In this document: in pieces, positions 37,355-47,200 of the stretch | Layout: every line of letters begins with the position of its first letter | Numbering within the stretch: the stretch's first letter is position 1 | Source of the DNA: an uncultured bacterium | GTDB lineage: Bacteria; Acidobacteriota; Thermoanaerobaculia; Multivoradales; JAHZIX01 | Reading direction: 5' to 3' | DNA: 64,000 bases | NCBI GenBank assembly: GCA_965368975.1 | Contig: CBDUPA010000022.1 | Location: forward strand, 1 to 64,000 | Translations under genes and position numbers: made by a program | Notes under the pieces: model-generated | Seen by the model: only the letters and a program-made list of their open reading frames with translations | Told to the model about the DNA's origin: nothing | Databases searched by the model: none

Positions 37355-40300
37355 GCTTCCTCCTCGGCCAGTGTGTCGGCGGAGAGCTCGATCACGGTGC
37401 GCAGCTCCTCCGTGGACAGCTCGGTCAGCCAACCTTCGCCGGCACCGACAACCTGCTCGGCCAGGGCCTTCTTGGTCTCGATCATCTGGTCGATCCGTTC
37501 TTCCAGGGTGCCCATGCACACCAGCTTGCGCACTTGTACGGTCTGTTTCTGCCCGATCCGGAAGGCGCGGTCGGTTGCCTGGTCTTCGACCGCGGGATTC
37601 CACCAGCGGTCGAAGTGGATGACGTGGCTCGCTGCCGTGAGATTGAGACCAGTGCCCCCGGCCTTGATCGAGAGCAGGAAGATCGGCGGTCCGTCCTCGC
37701 CCTGGAATCGTTCCACCATCCGGTCGCGCTCTTTCTTGCTGGTGCCGCCGTAGAGGAAGAGCACCTCGCGCCCGAAGCGCTGCTGCAAGTGCTCGCGCAG
37801 CAGGTGCCCCATTTGTGCGAACTGTGTGAACACCAAGGCACGGTCGCCTTCCGCCAGCACTTCCTCCAGAATCTCTTCCAGTCGGGTCAGCTTGAAGGAG
37901 CGGCCGTCGAGGGCGGAGCGGTCCTGCAGCAGTTGGGCAGGATGGTTGCATACCTGCTTGAGCTTGAGCATGGTGGCCAGCACGAGCCCCCTGCGTTCCA
38001 TACCGCTGGCGGATGCGATCTTCTCCAGCATGTCGTCCACCACCGCCTGGTAGAGCGTTGCCTGCTCGCGCGTCAGGTTGCAGGGCACCTTGATCTCCAG
38101 TTTTTCTGGCAGATCACGGAGGATGCGCTTGTCCGTCTTCAGCCGCCGCAAGATGAAGGGACCACAGAGTCGCCGCAACAACGCCGCCCGGTCGGGGTCG
38201 TGGTAGCGCTCCACCGGCACGGCGAAACGCTGGCGGAAGTCTCGCTGCGAACCGAGCAGTCCCGGGTTCAGGAATTGCATGATCGACCACAGCTCGCTCA
38301 GCCGGTTCTCGACCGGAGTGCCGGTCAGAGCCACTCGCCGGGACGCGCGGAAGCTGCGCACCGCTTGGGTCTGGCGCGCGGCGCTGTTCTTGATGTTCTG
38401 GGCTTCGTCGAGCACCAGCCGGTGCCACGTCAGTTCCGCGAGATGGTCACGGTCGCGAGCCACCAGCGCGTACGTGGTGATCACCAGGTCCGTCTTCGCG
38501 ACCTGGTCCGCGAGATCGCGGTCGTTCAGTCGGCCGGAGCCGTGGTGCACGTAGACGACCAGGTGAGGAGCGAAGCGGGCGGCCTCCCGCTGCCAGTTGC
38601 CGGCCACGGACATCGGACAGACCAGGAGCGTCGGCCCCACGGGTGCGTGCTTGCGCTGCGCCGGCAGCCGCTCGCGGACCAGCAGCGCGAGAAGCTGAAT
38701 GGTCTTGCCCAGGCCCATGTCGTCCGCCAGGCAGGCGCCGAGTCCGTGGTCTCCCAGGAAGGCCAGCCACGACAGGCCGCGTTGTTGGTAGGGCCGCAGC
38801 TTGCCCTTGAACCCCGCCGGCGTCTTGCACGCTCGTGGGCGGGACCGCCCGGTCAGCAGCTCACCGAGCTGGCCCTCGGCCTCTAGCGCCACCACCGGCA
38901 GGCCGGCCGGCGAGGGGGCGGCGCCCAAGCCCAGGCGCAGCAAGTCCACCGTGGTCGCCTGTCCTCCGCCGGCCTGCTGCTCCAGGAAGCGCAGTGCCTG
39001 CCCGATTTCGTCGGGTTTCACCTCGACCCAATGCCCACGTGTCCTGACCAGCGGTACCTTGAGAGCCGCGAGGTGTCGCAGCTCATCCAGGGACAGCTCC
39101 TCGTCGCCGAGCGCCACGGACCACTCGAAAGTACATATCCCTTGCTCGGTGAGCAGCCCAGAGGAGGTGCTGCTGTCACTGCTCGACTGAGCCCGCACCT
39201 TCATGCCCAGGCGGGCGTCCGGCTTCTTCCACCATGGCGGCACCAGCACGCCGAAGCCCGCCTGTTCGAGCAGCGGCGCGCCCTCGCTCAGAAAGCGCCA
39301 TGCCTCCTGTGTGGCAAGGGTCAGCGCGGATGGCTGTGCAGTGTGCAACGCGGTTTCCAGCTCCGGATACAGTCGACTTGCCCGCCCCAGCTCTGCGAGC
39401 AGGTACTCCTGAGGATTGTGCAACTGGCGTTCGAGGATGGTCAGGGCTCCGCGGCTGGTTTCCCAGACCCGCTCTACCGGAACCACCAGGCTCGGGTCGT
39501 GCCGTGCCTGCAACAGGAAGTCCACCTGCCAGTGGACGTCTGTCGCACTCGCTTCGTCGTGGTCTTCGTCCGGTGGACTGAGCCGGAAGCAGCAACGGAA
39601 AGGACCACTCGCACGTAGCGGTGCCGGGTTCAGCCAGGTGTCCAGCTGCCGGTGCAGGCGCTCGAGATCCGCGTCCTCGCCGTCTTCCAGAATGCCGTCC
39701 GGCGTCACCAGCGCTTCCAGCCAGGCTTCCACGGCGGGCACAGTCTTGGGCCGCCTGCCACGGCGCGCGGGCGCCAGTCGTTGTCCGGTCAATCCCTCGC
39801 GCGCCAGGCCGTCGACCAGCGCCGCCAGGAGGTCTTCCAGGATCTTGGTAGCGACAGGCAGCGGTATCTCGCCCCAACCCGCCGCGCGTATCTGCTGCTC
39901 CGGCTGCGAAAGGTCGGGTTCTAGCAACGCTCGGCCCAACGCCGGCAAGGCTTGGGACAATCGGTCCAGGCGATCCAGACAGTTTTCCTGCCACTGCCAG
40001 GGACGCCAGCAGGCCATCCAGTCTTCACCCCGTAGCTCGAGCGTCGGGGCCACCTGGCCTTGGGCCACTCCCTCCAGCGCCAACAGCGCCACCTCCGCCA
40101 GCACCCCCAACTCAGCGCCGAGCCTTGAGACTTCTAGCCCCTGCGGAGACGGATTCTCCACCGGCAGGGCGAGCAGGAACGCGAGTGCCCGGTCTGGCCG
40201 CAGGGCGAGCGCTGGCACCGTCCAGGGCGCCAAGCCGATGGCTTCTGCCTGCGCGCTGCCGTCACCGCGCAGGAGACGAGGAGAAGAGCACGGCCCCGCC

Positions 40301-40542
40301 TGGTGTGCTGGTAGCAGCAGGGTCGCCTCAGCTAGTAGATCTTCCGGTTGTGGTGGGAAATCCAGAGCTCGCAGGGCTTCTTCCAGGGTATCCGTGCCGC
40401 AGGCAAAGGGATGCGGCCGTGGTGCGACGGCGCCGGAGCGTTCGCCAGGAGTTGACGGCCCAGTGAACGGCAGCTGTGAATCCTCACCCCAGAGCAGCAA
40501 CTCTCCGAGTCTGAGAGACCAATTGGCGTGCAAGACCCGCAT
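37351..40542 (-). CDS. SNF2/SWI2 family helicase-like ATPase
   Basis: LRPYQQRG, LADDMGLGKT, LDEAQNIKN, LTGTPVENRL, GTGLNL, DRWWNPAVEDQATDRAFRIGQ. Confidence 0.95.
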   Translation of the reverse strand: MRVLHANWSLRLGELLLWGEDSQLPFTGPSTPGERSGAVAPRPHPFACGTDTLEEALRALDFPPQPEDLLAEATLLLPAHQAGPCSSPRLLRGDGSAQAEAIGLAPWTVPALALRPDRALAFLLALPVENPSPQGLEVSRLGAELGVLAEVALLALEGVAQGQVAPTLELRGEDWMACWRPWQWQENCLDRLDRLSQALPALGRALLEPDLSQPEQQIRAAGWGEIPLPVATKILEDLLAALVDGLAREGLTGQRLAPARRGRRPKTVPAVEAWLEALVTPDGILEDGEDADLERLHRQLDTWLNPAPLRASGPFRCCFRLSPPDEDHDEASATDVHWQVDFLLQARHDPSLVVPVERVWETSRGALTILERQLHNPQEYLLAELGRASRLYPELETALHTAQPSALTLATQEAWRFLSEGAPLLEQAGFGVLVPPWWKKPDARLGMKVRAQSSSDSSTSSGLLTEQGICTFEWSVALGDEELSLDELRHLAALKVPLVRTRGHWVEVKPDEIGQALRFLEQQAGGGQATTVDLLRLGLGAAPSPAGLPVVALEAEGQLGELLTGRSRPRACKTPAGFKGKLRPYQQRGLSWLAFLGDHGLGACLADDMGLGKTIQLLALLVRERLPAQRKHAPVGPTLLVCPMSVAGNWQREAARFAPHLVVYVHHGSGRLNDRDLADQVAKTDLVITTYALVARDRDHLAELTWHRLVLDEAQNIKNSAARQTQAVRSFRASRRVALTGTPVENRLSELWSIMQFLNPGLLGSQRDFRQRFAVPVERYHDPDRAALLRRLCGPFILRRLKTDKRILRDLPEKLEIKVPCNLTREQATLYQAVVDDMLEKIASASGMERRGLVLATMLKLKQVCNHPAQLLQDRSALDGRSFKLTRLEEILEEVLAEGDRALVFTQFAQMGHLLREHLQQRFGREVLFLYGGTSKKERDRMVERFQGEDGPPIFLLSIKAGGTGLNLTAASHVIHFDRWWNPAVEDQATDRAFRIGQKQTVQVRKLVCMGTLEERIDQMIETKKALAEQVVGAGEGWLTELSTEELRTVIELSADTLAEEEA

Positions 40543-40786
40543 TCCCGGTGCGTCCTTCCGAGCCCACCAGAAGATTTCTCGTCCTGAGTCGAGAAGATTC
40601 TGCTGGCGTTCGGTGTGAGTTCACTGCAGCAAGCAACTGCTTCGTGCGGTTGACATTTCTTCCAGGAGGAGAAGATAACATCATCCTGGCCATCGAGAAA
40701 TTGACACCGGCGGTCAAGTAGGTCGCGAAGTCCGAATGTCAGCGCTCGACCTTGCGCCATCGGCCAGAAGAGCGAGCAGCTCGACA

Positions 40787-42190
40787 TCAGGGGCCTCCCT
40801 TCGACCACTCTTCTACCTTCGCCCAAAGTCGGTTCTCTGCTTTCTCGGCTTTGTCCGGTTCCTCGTTGGATGCTTTGGTTAGGTTAGCGCGCTGGAAGTA
40901 GCGGTGGTGCCCGAGCCAGCACATCGCCTGCGCCGGGATACTGAGTAGCAGAAGCCAGACGACCGGCCTCCAGGAGCCAACATCCGGCAACTGCAGACCA
41001 TGCGCATGAAAACCGCCCACCAAGATGATCAGCGGGAAGGCACTTTCTGCCAGGTCCCGTACCCAAGGGCTGCGGCTCCCGAGCACGGCTGCTTTCCAGA
41101 CCGGAAGCAAGAGTAGGCTCAAAGCGAGCGCCCGAAGGTAGGGCAAGAGCAGGTCCACCTGCAACTCTTGCCCGGCAAGCAGCAGAAAGGCTGCCCAGAA
41201 GAACAACAGCGACAGCAGTGCGCCAAGCGCGTTCATTGATGTTAGCCACAGTCCGTCCACAAATGCGCAGTTTGCCCGCTCGCGTCGTGTGAGCGGATAG
41301 AGCAAGCTCGTCTTGAACTCGAGCCGCCCTACCGAAGCCAAGCTTCCCAGCAAGACTGCCACGAGAAAAACGACCTGCAAGGGCTGCGGTGGCTCCTGGA
41401 AACACAAGCGTGCCGCCCTCTGCCAGGAAGCGGGCTCTGTGTCGTCGATCAGACTGGCCAGGCCCAAGAAGATGAGCGGGGTCAGGAAGGGCATGAGAAA
41501 GTAGCCCTGCCAGCGTCCTGAGCGCTGATTCTCGAAGCGGAGAATGCTCAACCAGTGGCGCAATCTCTCGGGTGTTTCCGTGGTCCGGTGGCGACGGTTG
41601 GCTCGATTCAAGGTCGTGACTGAATGCTCGGTCGCGGTCAAGATGCGCCGCGGTGGTGTCGTTGCGGCAGTGAAATAGCTGAACATGGCGAGGTAGCAGC
41701 AGAACAAACTGAGCCACAACATGTTCATCCAGTCCGCCTGCCAGAGTTGCACTTCTGCCGCGAGTACGAGAACTACGAGCAGGCCGAAGTTTGCGGTCTT
41801 CAGGGTGCGTTGGAATCTGTGTCTGGGGGTGATGTTCGAGCTGAAGCCGAGCCAGAAAGCGCAGAGTTGGGCGACGTATATGTAGAGCGCGGTTAGCAGG
41901 TCTGCCAGGAGAAAGAGCGGCAGCGTCGCGATCAGAAGCAAGAGACTGGACACCCGCAGCACTTGCCAGATGAAGAACCGTTCCGAGGTCGGCAACACCA
42001 AGGTGAAGCTGGATTGGAACACCGTTCGGAGGCTTTCTGCCAGGAAGATCCCATAGAGAGAGGCGCCCAGGACAAGAACGAGACTCGCTACTTTGTCGCT
42101 TAGTCCAAGAAGAATTATGAAGATTGGCCAGATCAAGATGACGCCCAGATCCGGAAGGTACAGGCGCCAAAACAGGGCTTGTCGCTTCAT
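40787..42190 (-). CDS. Multi-pass membrane protein, probable ABC permease
   Basis: Many hydrophobic helices; ATGA overlap with the ABC ATPase; shares RHWL and LxYP[LV]xR segments with 43127-44503. Confidence 0.65.
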   Translation of the reverse strand: MKRQALFWRLYLPDLGVILIWPIFIILLGLSDKVASLVLVLGASLYGIFLAESLRTVFQSSFTLVLPTSERFFIWQVLRVSSLLLLIATLPLFLLADLLTALYIYVAQLCAFWLGFSSNITPRHRFQRTLKTANFGLLVVLVLAAEVQLWQADWMNMLWLSLFCCYLAMFSYFTAATTPPRRILTATEHSVTTLNRANRRHRTTETPERLRHWLSILRFENQRSGRWQGYFLMPFLTPLIFLGLASLIDDTEPASWQRAARLCFQEPPQPLQVVFLVAVLLGSLASVGRLEFKTSLLYPLTRRERANCAFVDGLWLTSMNALGALLSLLFFWAAFLLLAGQELQVDLLLPYLRALALSLLLLPVWKAAVLGSRSPWVRDLAESAFPLIILVGGFHAHGLQLPDVGSWRPVVWLLLLSIPAQAMCWLGHHRYFQRANLTKASNEEPDKAEKAENRLWAKVEEWSKGGP

Positions 42191-43143
42191 GGCGATCCCG
42201 GCAAGTCGACAGGCGTTGCGTTCTCGACGTCGTCTCGATACCTCAGCGGAGAATCGATCAGACCCAGCAAGATCCGTTCGAGCGAGGCAGGACGTTCGAC
42301 GACGTCAACCCGATAGGTCTTCTGGAACCTCTCCAGATCCGCCTTCTCGCGTTGCACCAACAACTGGACCCTTGTGTCTACGCCGTCCTGGTGCACGACA
42401 TACGGCTCCCGAAATCTCTGTATCGGTTTGTTCGAAGACGCGGATCGCGCCACGACCCATTCCACGTAGCGCTCCTGAAGTTCGTCCACCGGCGCGTCCT
42501 CGCGAACGTAGCCGTGCTTCAGGCAAACGACACGATCGATGATCTTCTCGATGTCGTGCAGGCCATGTGACGAGATGACCACCGTCGTTTCCTGCTCGCG
42601 TACCGTCTCGAGCAGATACTCCAGCGTCCGTTCGCGCACAACCGGGTCCATGTGGCTCACCGGTTCGTCGAGCAAGATGAGTTCTGGACGGTGGCACAGC
42701 GCCAGCATCAGTGCCAGCTTCTGTTGATTGCCGCCGGACAGCGTCTCGACCTTCGCGAACAGGTCGAGTTGAAGCTTGGCGCGCAGCTTCTCTTCCAGCT
42801 CGCGATCCCACGTGTTGTAGAAGCCGGCCACATAGTCCAAGTGCTGCTCTACCGTCAGCCAGCCCAGCAGCTGGATCTTCTGATCCAGCGCACCAATGCG
42901 CCGCAGCTGCTCGGCGCCGAGGTCCTGTACGGGCTTGCCCAGCGTGTGCGCAGACCCACCGTCCGGTACGAGCACGCCCGACATGAGGCGCAGTAGCGTC
43001 GTCTTTCCCGCGCCGTTGGCCCCGACTAGGCCGATCACGGAACCGCGCGGTAGCGAGAGGTTGACATCGTTTAGCGCCACCTTGCTGCCAAAGCACTTGA
43101 CGGCGAATTCCATTTCGACCACGGGTTCACGATGCATTGCCAA
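42187..43143 (-). CDS. ABC transporter ATP-binding protein (YtrB-like)
   Basis: GANGAGKTT, LSGGNQQK, ILLDEP, ISSH. Confidence 0.92.
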   Translation of the reverse strand: MAMHREPVVEMEFAVKCFGSKVALNDVNLSLPRGSVIGLVGANGAGKTTLLRLMSGVLVPDGGSAHTLGKPVQDLGAEQLRRIGALDQKIQLLGWLTVEQHLDYVAGFYNTWDRELEEKLRAKLQLDLFAKVETLSGGNQQKLALMLALCHRPELILLDEPVSHMDPVVRERTLEYLLETVREQETTVVISSHGLHDIEKIIDRVVCLKHGYVREDAPVDELQERYVEWVVARSASSNKPIQRFREPYVVHQDGVDTRVQLLVQREKADLERFQKTYRVDVVERPASLERILLGLIDSPLRYRDDVENATPVDLPGSP

Positions 43144-44503
43144 CCTCCTCGGGCAGAGTAGGGTTCCGCCGGAGAGAAGCCGCCGCCAGGCGCCAGCCGT
43201 TGCGCAGGAGCAAGCGGGAGCTTCGTATCAGTAGGTACAGAGCCAGGATGAAAGGGAGAAAAGCCAGGATGAAGAAGCTGATCCTGTCGAACCAAAAGAG
43301 AAAGAGATAGGCCCCAACTCTCATGTAGAACAACGCTTGCCCGAAGAAGAAACTCTCGGGATTTACGTAGAAGAAGAGATGGAGGGCGAGCCACGCCAGG
43401 CTGAGGCTGTCCGCGGAGTACGTCTTCGCCAACTCCTGGAGTAGAGGTATCGTCGCGCTGGTCAGGATCACGAAGACCAGGAGGCCGACGGGAAAGGCTG
43501 TCCAGCCCAGGCCTTCTTGTCCTAGCCATAGGAGGCCCAAGAACGTCAGGTTGGAGAGCAGGGCCGACAGCACGAGCGAAATGCTCGCCGCCGCGTCCAT
43601 CGCGTCGTGGGTCTCGCGGGCGACTGGGTAGCGTAGGCTCAGCATCAGCTTGGGGAATCTGAGGCCCGCGAGAGTATTGATAGAGCCGATGGCGAGCGGG
43701 AGCAAGAGCTCCCAACTCGAGTTACTGTGAGCCGCCCAGCCGGAACCCCGATTGAGGAGCAGGAGCAAGCCGGCGAAGATAAACGGTGCGACGGCGAACG
43801 GTAGCCACCAAAACGAGGAGCCAAACTCGAAAAATGCCAGGCGCAGCCAGTGGCGCCACGTGGCCTTGGAAGGGCGCGGTGTGCACAGCATCGGAACTCG
43901 ATGGTAGGGCAGCTCGGTTTTCCGGCGCGAGTTTCGAGAGCGGCCTGCTTCGATCTCTTCACGGAGTTTGGTGCGTCGCAAGGTCCAAAAGAACAACACC
44001 AGCACTGGGATAGAAAAGAGCAATGCCAGCGCTCCCTGTTGCCAAGGTGTCCCCGGGACCGCTTCGAGCGGCGGGCGCTCCGGATCGATGAAGATCGCCG
44101 GGATCATTGCGACGACGATGCGCTTCTCGGCTTGCCGCAGCCAGGAAGCGATCGTCATGCCGCACACCAGCGCCAGCCATTCGAAGCTGACCAGCCAAAA
44201 GGCCGTGCCGACTCCCTGCATCAAGGCGATCAAGACAAAGCTGGGCAGCAGGAAAGCGCAACTGCCCAGGACGGCCTGCCGCCAGATGCGACGCTCGGCG
44301 CGCGGCAGCAGCCACGAGAAGTAAGCGCGACGTACGGTAGTTGTTGCCGCTCCCAGTGCATCGCCTAGCAAGTAGGCGCTGACCAACAAACTCACCTGGA
44401 CTCCCAGAGAGAAGAAGCCCCGCAGCAGTAGCAGCCAGGTCAGAACCTGGAGGCAGAGCGCTATGATCAAGGGGATGAGGACTGATTTCCGCGTTGGCAT
44501 CAT
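43127..44503 (-). CDS. Multi-pass membrane protein, probable ABC permease
   Basis: Many hydrophobic helices; sits between the two ABC ATPases. Confidence 0.65.
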   Translation of the reverse strand: MMPTRKSVLIPLIIALCLQVLTWLLLLRGFFSLGVQVSLLVSAYLLGDALGAATTTVRRAYFSWLLPRAERRIWRQAVLGSCAFLLPSFVLIALMQGVGTAFWLVSFEWLALVCGMTIASWLRQAEKRIVVAMIPAIFIDPERPPLEAVPGTPWQQGALALLFSIPVLVLFFWTLRRTKLREEIEAGRSRNSRRKTELPYHRVPMLCTPRPSKATWRHWLRLAFFEFGSSFWWLPFAVAPFIFAGLLLLLNRGSGWAAHSNSSWELLLPLAIGSINTLAGLRFPKLMLSLRYPVARETHDAMDAAASISLVLSALLSNLTFLGLLWLGQEGLGWTAFPVGLLVFVILTSATIPLLQELAKTYSADSLSLAWLALHLFFYVNPESFFFGQALFYMRVGAYLFLFWFDRISFFILAFLPFILALYLLIRSSRLLLRNGWRLAAASLRRNPTLPEEVGNAS

Positions 44504-45390
44504 CAGATCTTCTCCAGCAGGTGCAGGAGAGTCCGCTCGAGACTCAGATGCCGCTCGATCACATCGACTCGATACCGCTCGCGGAAAGCTTGTGGCTCGG
44601 CACCCGTGCGCACGATCAGGCTGGCTCGGTTGTTCGCTCGCGTGATGTGCTCGACGTACGGCTCCGTGAAGACTTCAGGCAGCTCCGACTCTGTGCCCGC
44701 CGCCGGGGCCACGACCCACTCGCGATACTGCTCCTGCAGCTCGTGGACCGGGCTGTTGAGCGTGATGCGTCCGAAGGCCATGCAGACGACGTGGTCCACT
44801 ACCTTCTCGACGTCGCGCAGCACGTGAGACGAGATGACGATCGTCGTTTCCTGTTCGCGCACAGCTTCCAGCAGGTACTCCAGGATCCTTTCTCGCACAA
44901 TCGGATCCATCGCGCTGACCGGCTCGTCGAGCAGGATCAACTCCGGGCGATGGCACAGCGCCAGCAGCAACGCCAGCTTTTGCCGGTTGCCGCCCGAGAG
45001 CGAGTCCACGTTGGCCACCTGGCTGAGTTCGAAGCGCTCCAGCAGCTGAGCTTCCAGGTCGCGGTCCCAATGGTCGTAGAAGCCGGCGACGTAGCGCAAG
45101 TGCTGCTCGACGGTCAGGAAATCCAGCAGTCGGATCTCCTGGTCCAGCGCGCCGATTCGATTCAGTCGAGCCGCGTCGAGACCGGAAGCCGGTACACCGA
45201 GCGTTGTCACTTCACCGAATGTAGGGATTAGCATGCCGGTGATCGAGCGCAGGAGCGTCGTCTTGCCGGCACCGTTGGCCCCGATCAGACCGACGATCGA
45301 TCCTTTGGGCAGCGACAAGGTGACTTCGTGCAGCGCGGTCGTTTCTTGAAACTTCTTCGTCAGCATGACGGTCTCGACGGGAGTGCTCAT
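44503..45390 (-). CDS. ABC transporter ATP-binding protein (YtrB-like)
   Basis: GANGAGKTT, LSGGNRQK, ILLDEPVSAMDP, ISSH. Confidence 0.92.
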   Translation of the reverse strand: MSTPVETVMLTKKFQETTALHEVTLSLPKGSIVGLIGANGAGKTTLLRSITGMLIPTFGEVTTLGVPASGLDAARLNRIGALDQEIRLLDFLTVEQHLRYVAGFYDHWDRDLEAQLLERFELSQVANVDSLSGGNRQKLALLLALCHRPELILLDEPVSAMDPIVRERILEYLLEAVREQETTIVISSHVLRDVEKVVDHVVCMAFGRITLNSPVHELQEQYREWVVAPAAGTESELPEVFTEPYVEHITRANNRASLIVRTGAEPQAFRERYRVDVIERHLSLERTLLHLLEKI

Positions 45391-45782
45391 CGCGACTCTC
45401 CTTTCGACCCGGCATCCGCCAACATCGCCCCGAACACGCCCAGGGCCTCATCGCCGCCCAGGTCGAGTTCTGCCACCAACTGCACCGCCGGCTCGAGGCT
45501 GCCGCGCAACCGCTCGATCTGCTGTCCACGCCGGTCGTCGTCCGAGCGCTTCGCCACCACGGAGGGCAGCCCCTTGCGCCGTTCGATGTAGCCCTCCTCT
45601 TCGAGCAGGCTGTACGCCTTGCTCAGCGTCATCGGGTTGACCTTCAACTCGGCGGACAGCGAGCGCGTGGAAGGAATCTCGCTGCCTTCCGGCAGCTTTC
45701 CTGTATCGATGTGGAACTTGATCTGGTCCATGACTTGCCTGTAGACGGGAATGCCCGAGTGGGCGTCGACCACGATCAACAT
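45387..45782 (-). CDS. GntR family (YtrA subfamily) transcriptional regulator
   Basis: PVYRQVMDQIK...IPSTRSLSAELKVNPMTLSKAYSLLEEEG; short C-terminal domain; heads an ABC operon. Confidence 0.92.
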   Translation of the reverse strand: MLIVVDAHSGIPVYRQVMDQIKFHIDTGKLPEGSEIPSTRSLSAELKVNPMTLSKAYSLLEEEGYIERRKGLPSVVAKRSDDDRRGQQIERLRGSLEPAVQLVAELDLGGDEALGVFGAMLADAGSKGESR

Positions 45783-45881
45783 TGCCGCCGCCTGTCTCGA
45801 ACTGGGTTGGATGGATGCCTCATGGGTCCTCTCGATGTCGGTGCCGCGTCCGGCACAGGGTGCGAGTTCGCGCTGCGTGAG

Positions 45882-45947
45882 GGTGCATCATTCATGTAAT
45901 GCACCATGAGTATCTGTAAGCCGGGTGTATTTGTCAAGTAATACACC
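45882..45947 (-). promoter_or_regulatory. Sigma70 promoter overlapped by two YtrA-type palindromic operators
   Basis: Operators GGTGCAT-N10-ATGCACC (45882-45905) and GGTGTAT-N10-ATACACC (45924-45947). Minus strand TTGACA (45937-45932)-N17-GATACT. Confidence 0.8.
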
Positions 45948-46005
45948 TGCCTCTTCTGAGAATGCCGCTGAGGATGCCGCCGAGGAATCGAGCTGCCGAA
46001 ACGCC

Positions 46006-46037
46006 GAAACCCCCGATCCGGAGGCTGGATCGAGGGT
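46006..46037 (-). terminator. Probable terminator of the amidase/small-protein unit
   Basis: Minus strand ACCCTCGATCC-loop-GGATCGGGGGT followed by a short T run. Confidence 0.45.
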
Positions 46038-46112
46038 CATAGTGGGACGCTAAAGAGGACTAGGAGTGAGGTTATGTGCCGCAGATGGCCGGTCCGTTGG
46101 ACTCAAGGCTCG

Positions 46113-46349
46113 TCAGTCGGCGGTGTGGGTGGTCCCTTGCGGTAGTGGCTTCGCTGGCTTCGACTGAGCAGCCTCATGAGCATCCTGCTCTCTCTCCCTT
46201 CTCTTCTCTTGACGGACCAGATACGCGCCAACCGCCATCAATATCCAGTCCAAATTAAAAGGAAAGTCTATTCTCACGGCCTTCAGCACCATGACCACCA
46301 ACAGGAGGATCATGCCGAAGATGGCGAGGAACTTGGCTCGAGAGTTCAT
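46113..46349 (-). CDS. Small membrane protein (2 TM)
   Basis: MNSRAKFLAIFGMILLLVVMVL...LDWILMAVGAYLV; GGAG RBS; ATGA overlap with the amidase. Confidence 0.6.
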   Translation of the reverse strand: MNSRAKFLAIFGMILLLVVMVLKAVRIDFPFNLDWILMAVGAYLVRQEKRREREQDAHEAAQSKPAKPLPQGTTHTAD

Positions 46350-47176
46350 GGCAGCTCCCTCCCCACAAACCCCGTCCACAACCCATCCTCCACCAGCCCC
46401 CACTCCCGCTGAAACCGCCTCAATGCCGCATCACTCGCTTCCCCCCAAACCCCTCGACGCACCTCGTCCTCCTCCCCCCGCAGCACCCCGACGCCCACCA
46501 GTGCTCGCTGCCGCCCCTTGACAGTCAGGTACGGTGTCCACACGTCCGGCACCTCCCGCCCATAGATCCCCGACAGCACCCGCGCGAAGGGAAACCCCAA
46601 CACATCCTGCTTGTAGGTCGGGCAGAGATCGCTGTGCCCGTGGTGATGCTCCGGCCGGATGTGGGGAAACGCCGCGACGATCTCTTTGCCGACTTCGATC
46701 ATCATTTCGATCTGCTCTTCCGGCCACGGCGGGACGCGCAGGATCCACTTGCCGTTCGGGGTCGCGACACGGATCCAATCCTCTTCGGACGGGTAGCCGC
46801 GACGCGCGTAGCCGATGTGCACGGTTTCGATGCCGATGCACGTGCGTGCACCCTTGTCAGCGGCTCCCGTGTACGCTCGTCCATCCCAGCGCAGGCGCTG
46901 CTGCTTGCCGGCGTGCCACGAGCGATCCTCGAGCCGTACGTATCGATCGATGCCTTCGTGCCACGTCCGGCCGACGCCGTAGTGGGCGCTCGCTTGGCCC
47001 TTGCGCTCCGGCTCGGGACCACCGATGAGTCGTCGACATTCGGCGAGATCTTCCGTCGCCGTCCAGTGCCAGGTGACGCCGTGGGGACGGCTGCCGGTGG
47101 CCGCGGGCCAACCGACATCGACGGCGTGGCCGGCGGCGGGGTCGGTGGGCAGGAGGGTGTCTTCGCGGATCTCCAT
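46346..47176 (-). CDS. N-acetylmuramoyl-L-alanine amidase (Amidase_2) with C-terminal peptidoglycan-binding domain
   Basis: VTWHWTA, ASAHYGV, SWHAG, IGIETV, GHSDLCP; AALRRFQREWGLVEDG. Confidence 0.82.
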   Translation of the reverse strand: MEIREDTLLPTDPAAGHAVDVGWPAATGSRPHGVTWHWTATEDLAECRRLIGGPEPERKGQASAHYGVGRTWHEGIDRYVRLEDRSWHAGKQQRLRWDGRAYTGAADKGARTCIGIETVHIGYARRGYPSEEDWIRVATPNGKWILRVPPWPEEQIEMMIEVGKEIVAAFPHIRPEHHHGHSDLCPTYKQDVLGFPFARVLSGIYGREVPDVWTPYLTVKGRQRALVGVGVLRGEEDEVRRGVWGEASDAALRRFQREWGLVEDGLWTGFVGRELP

Positions 47177-47200
47177 GAGGTGCAGCTTACCTTCCGTGCG

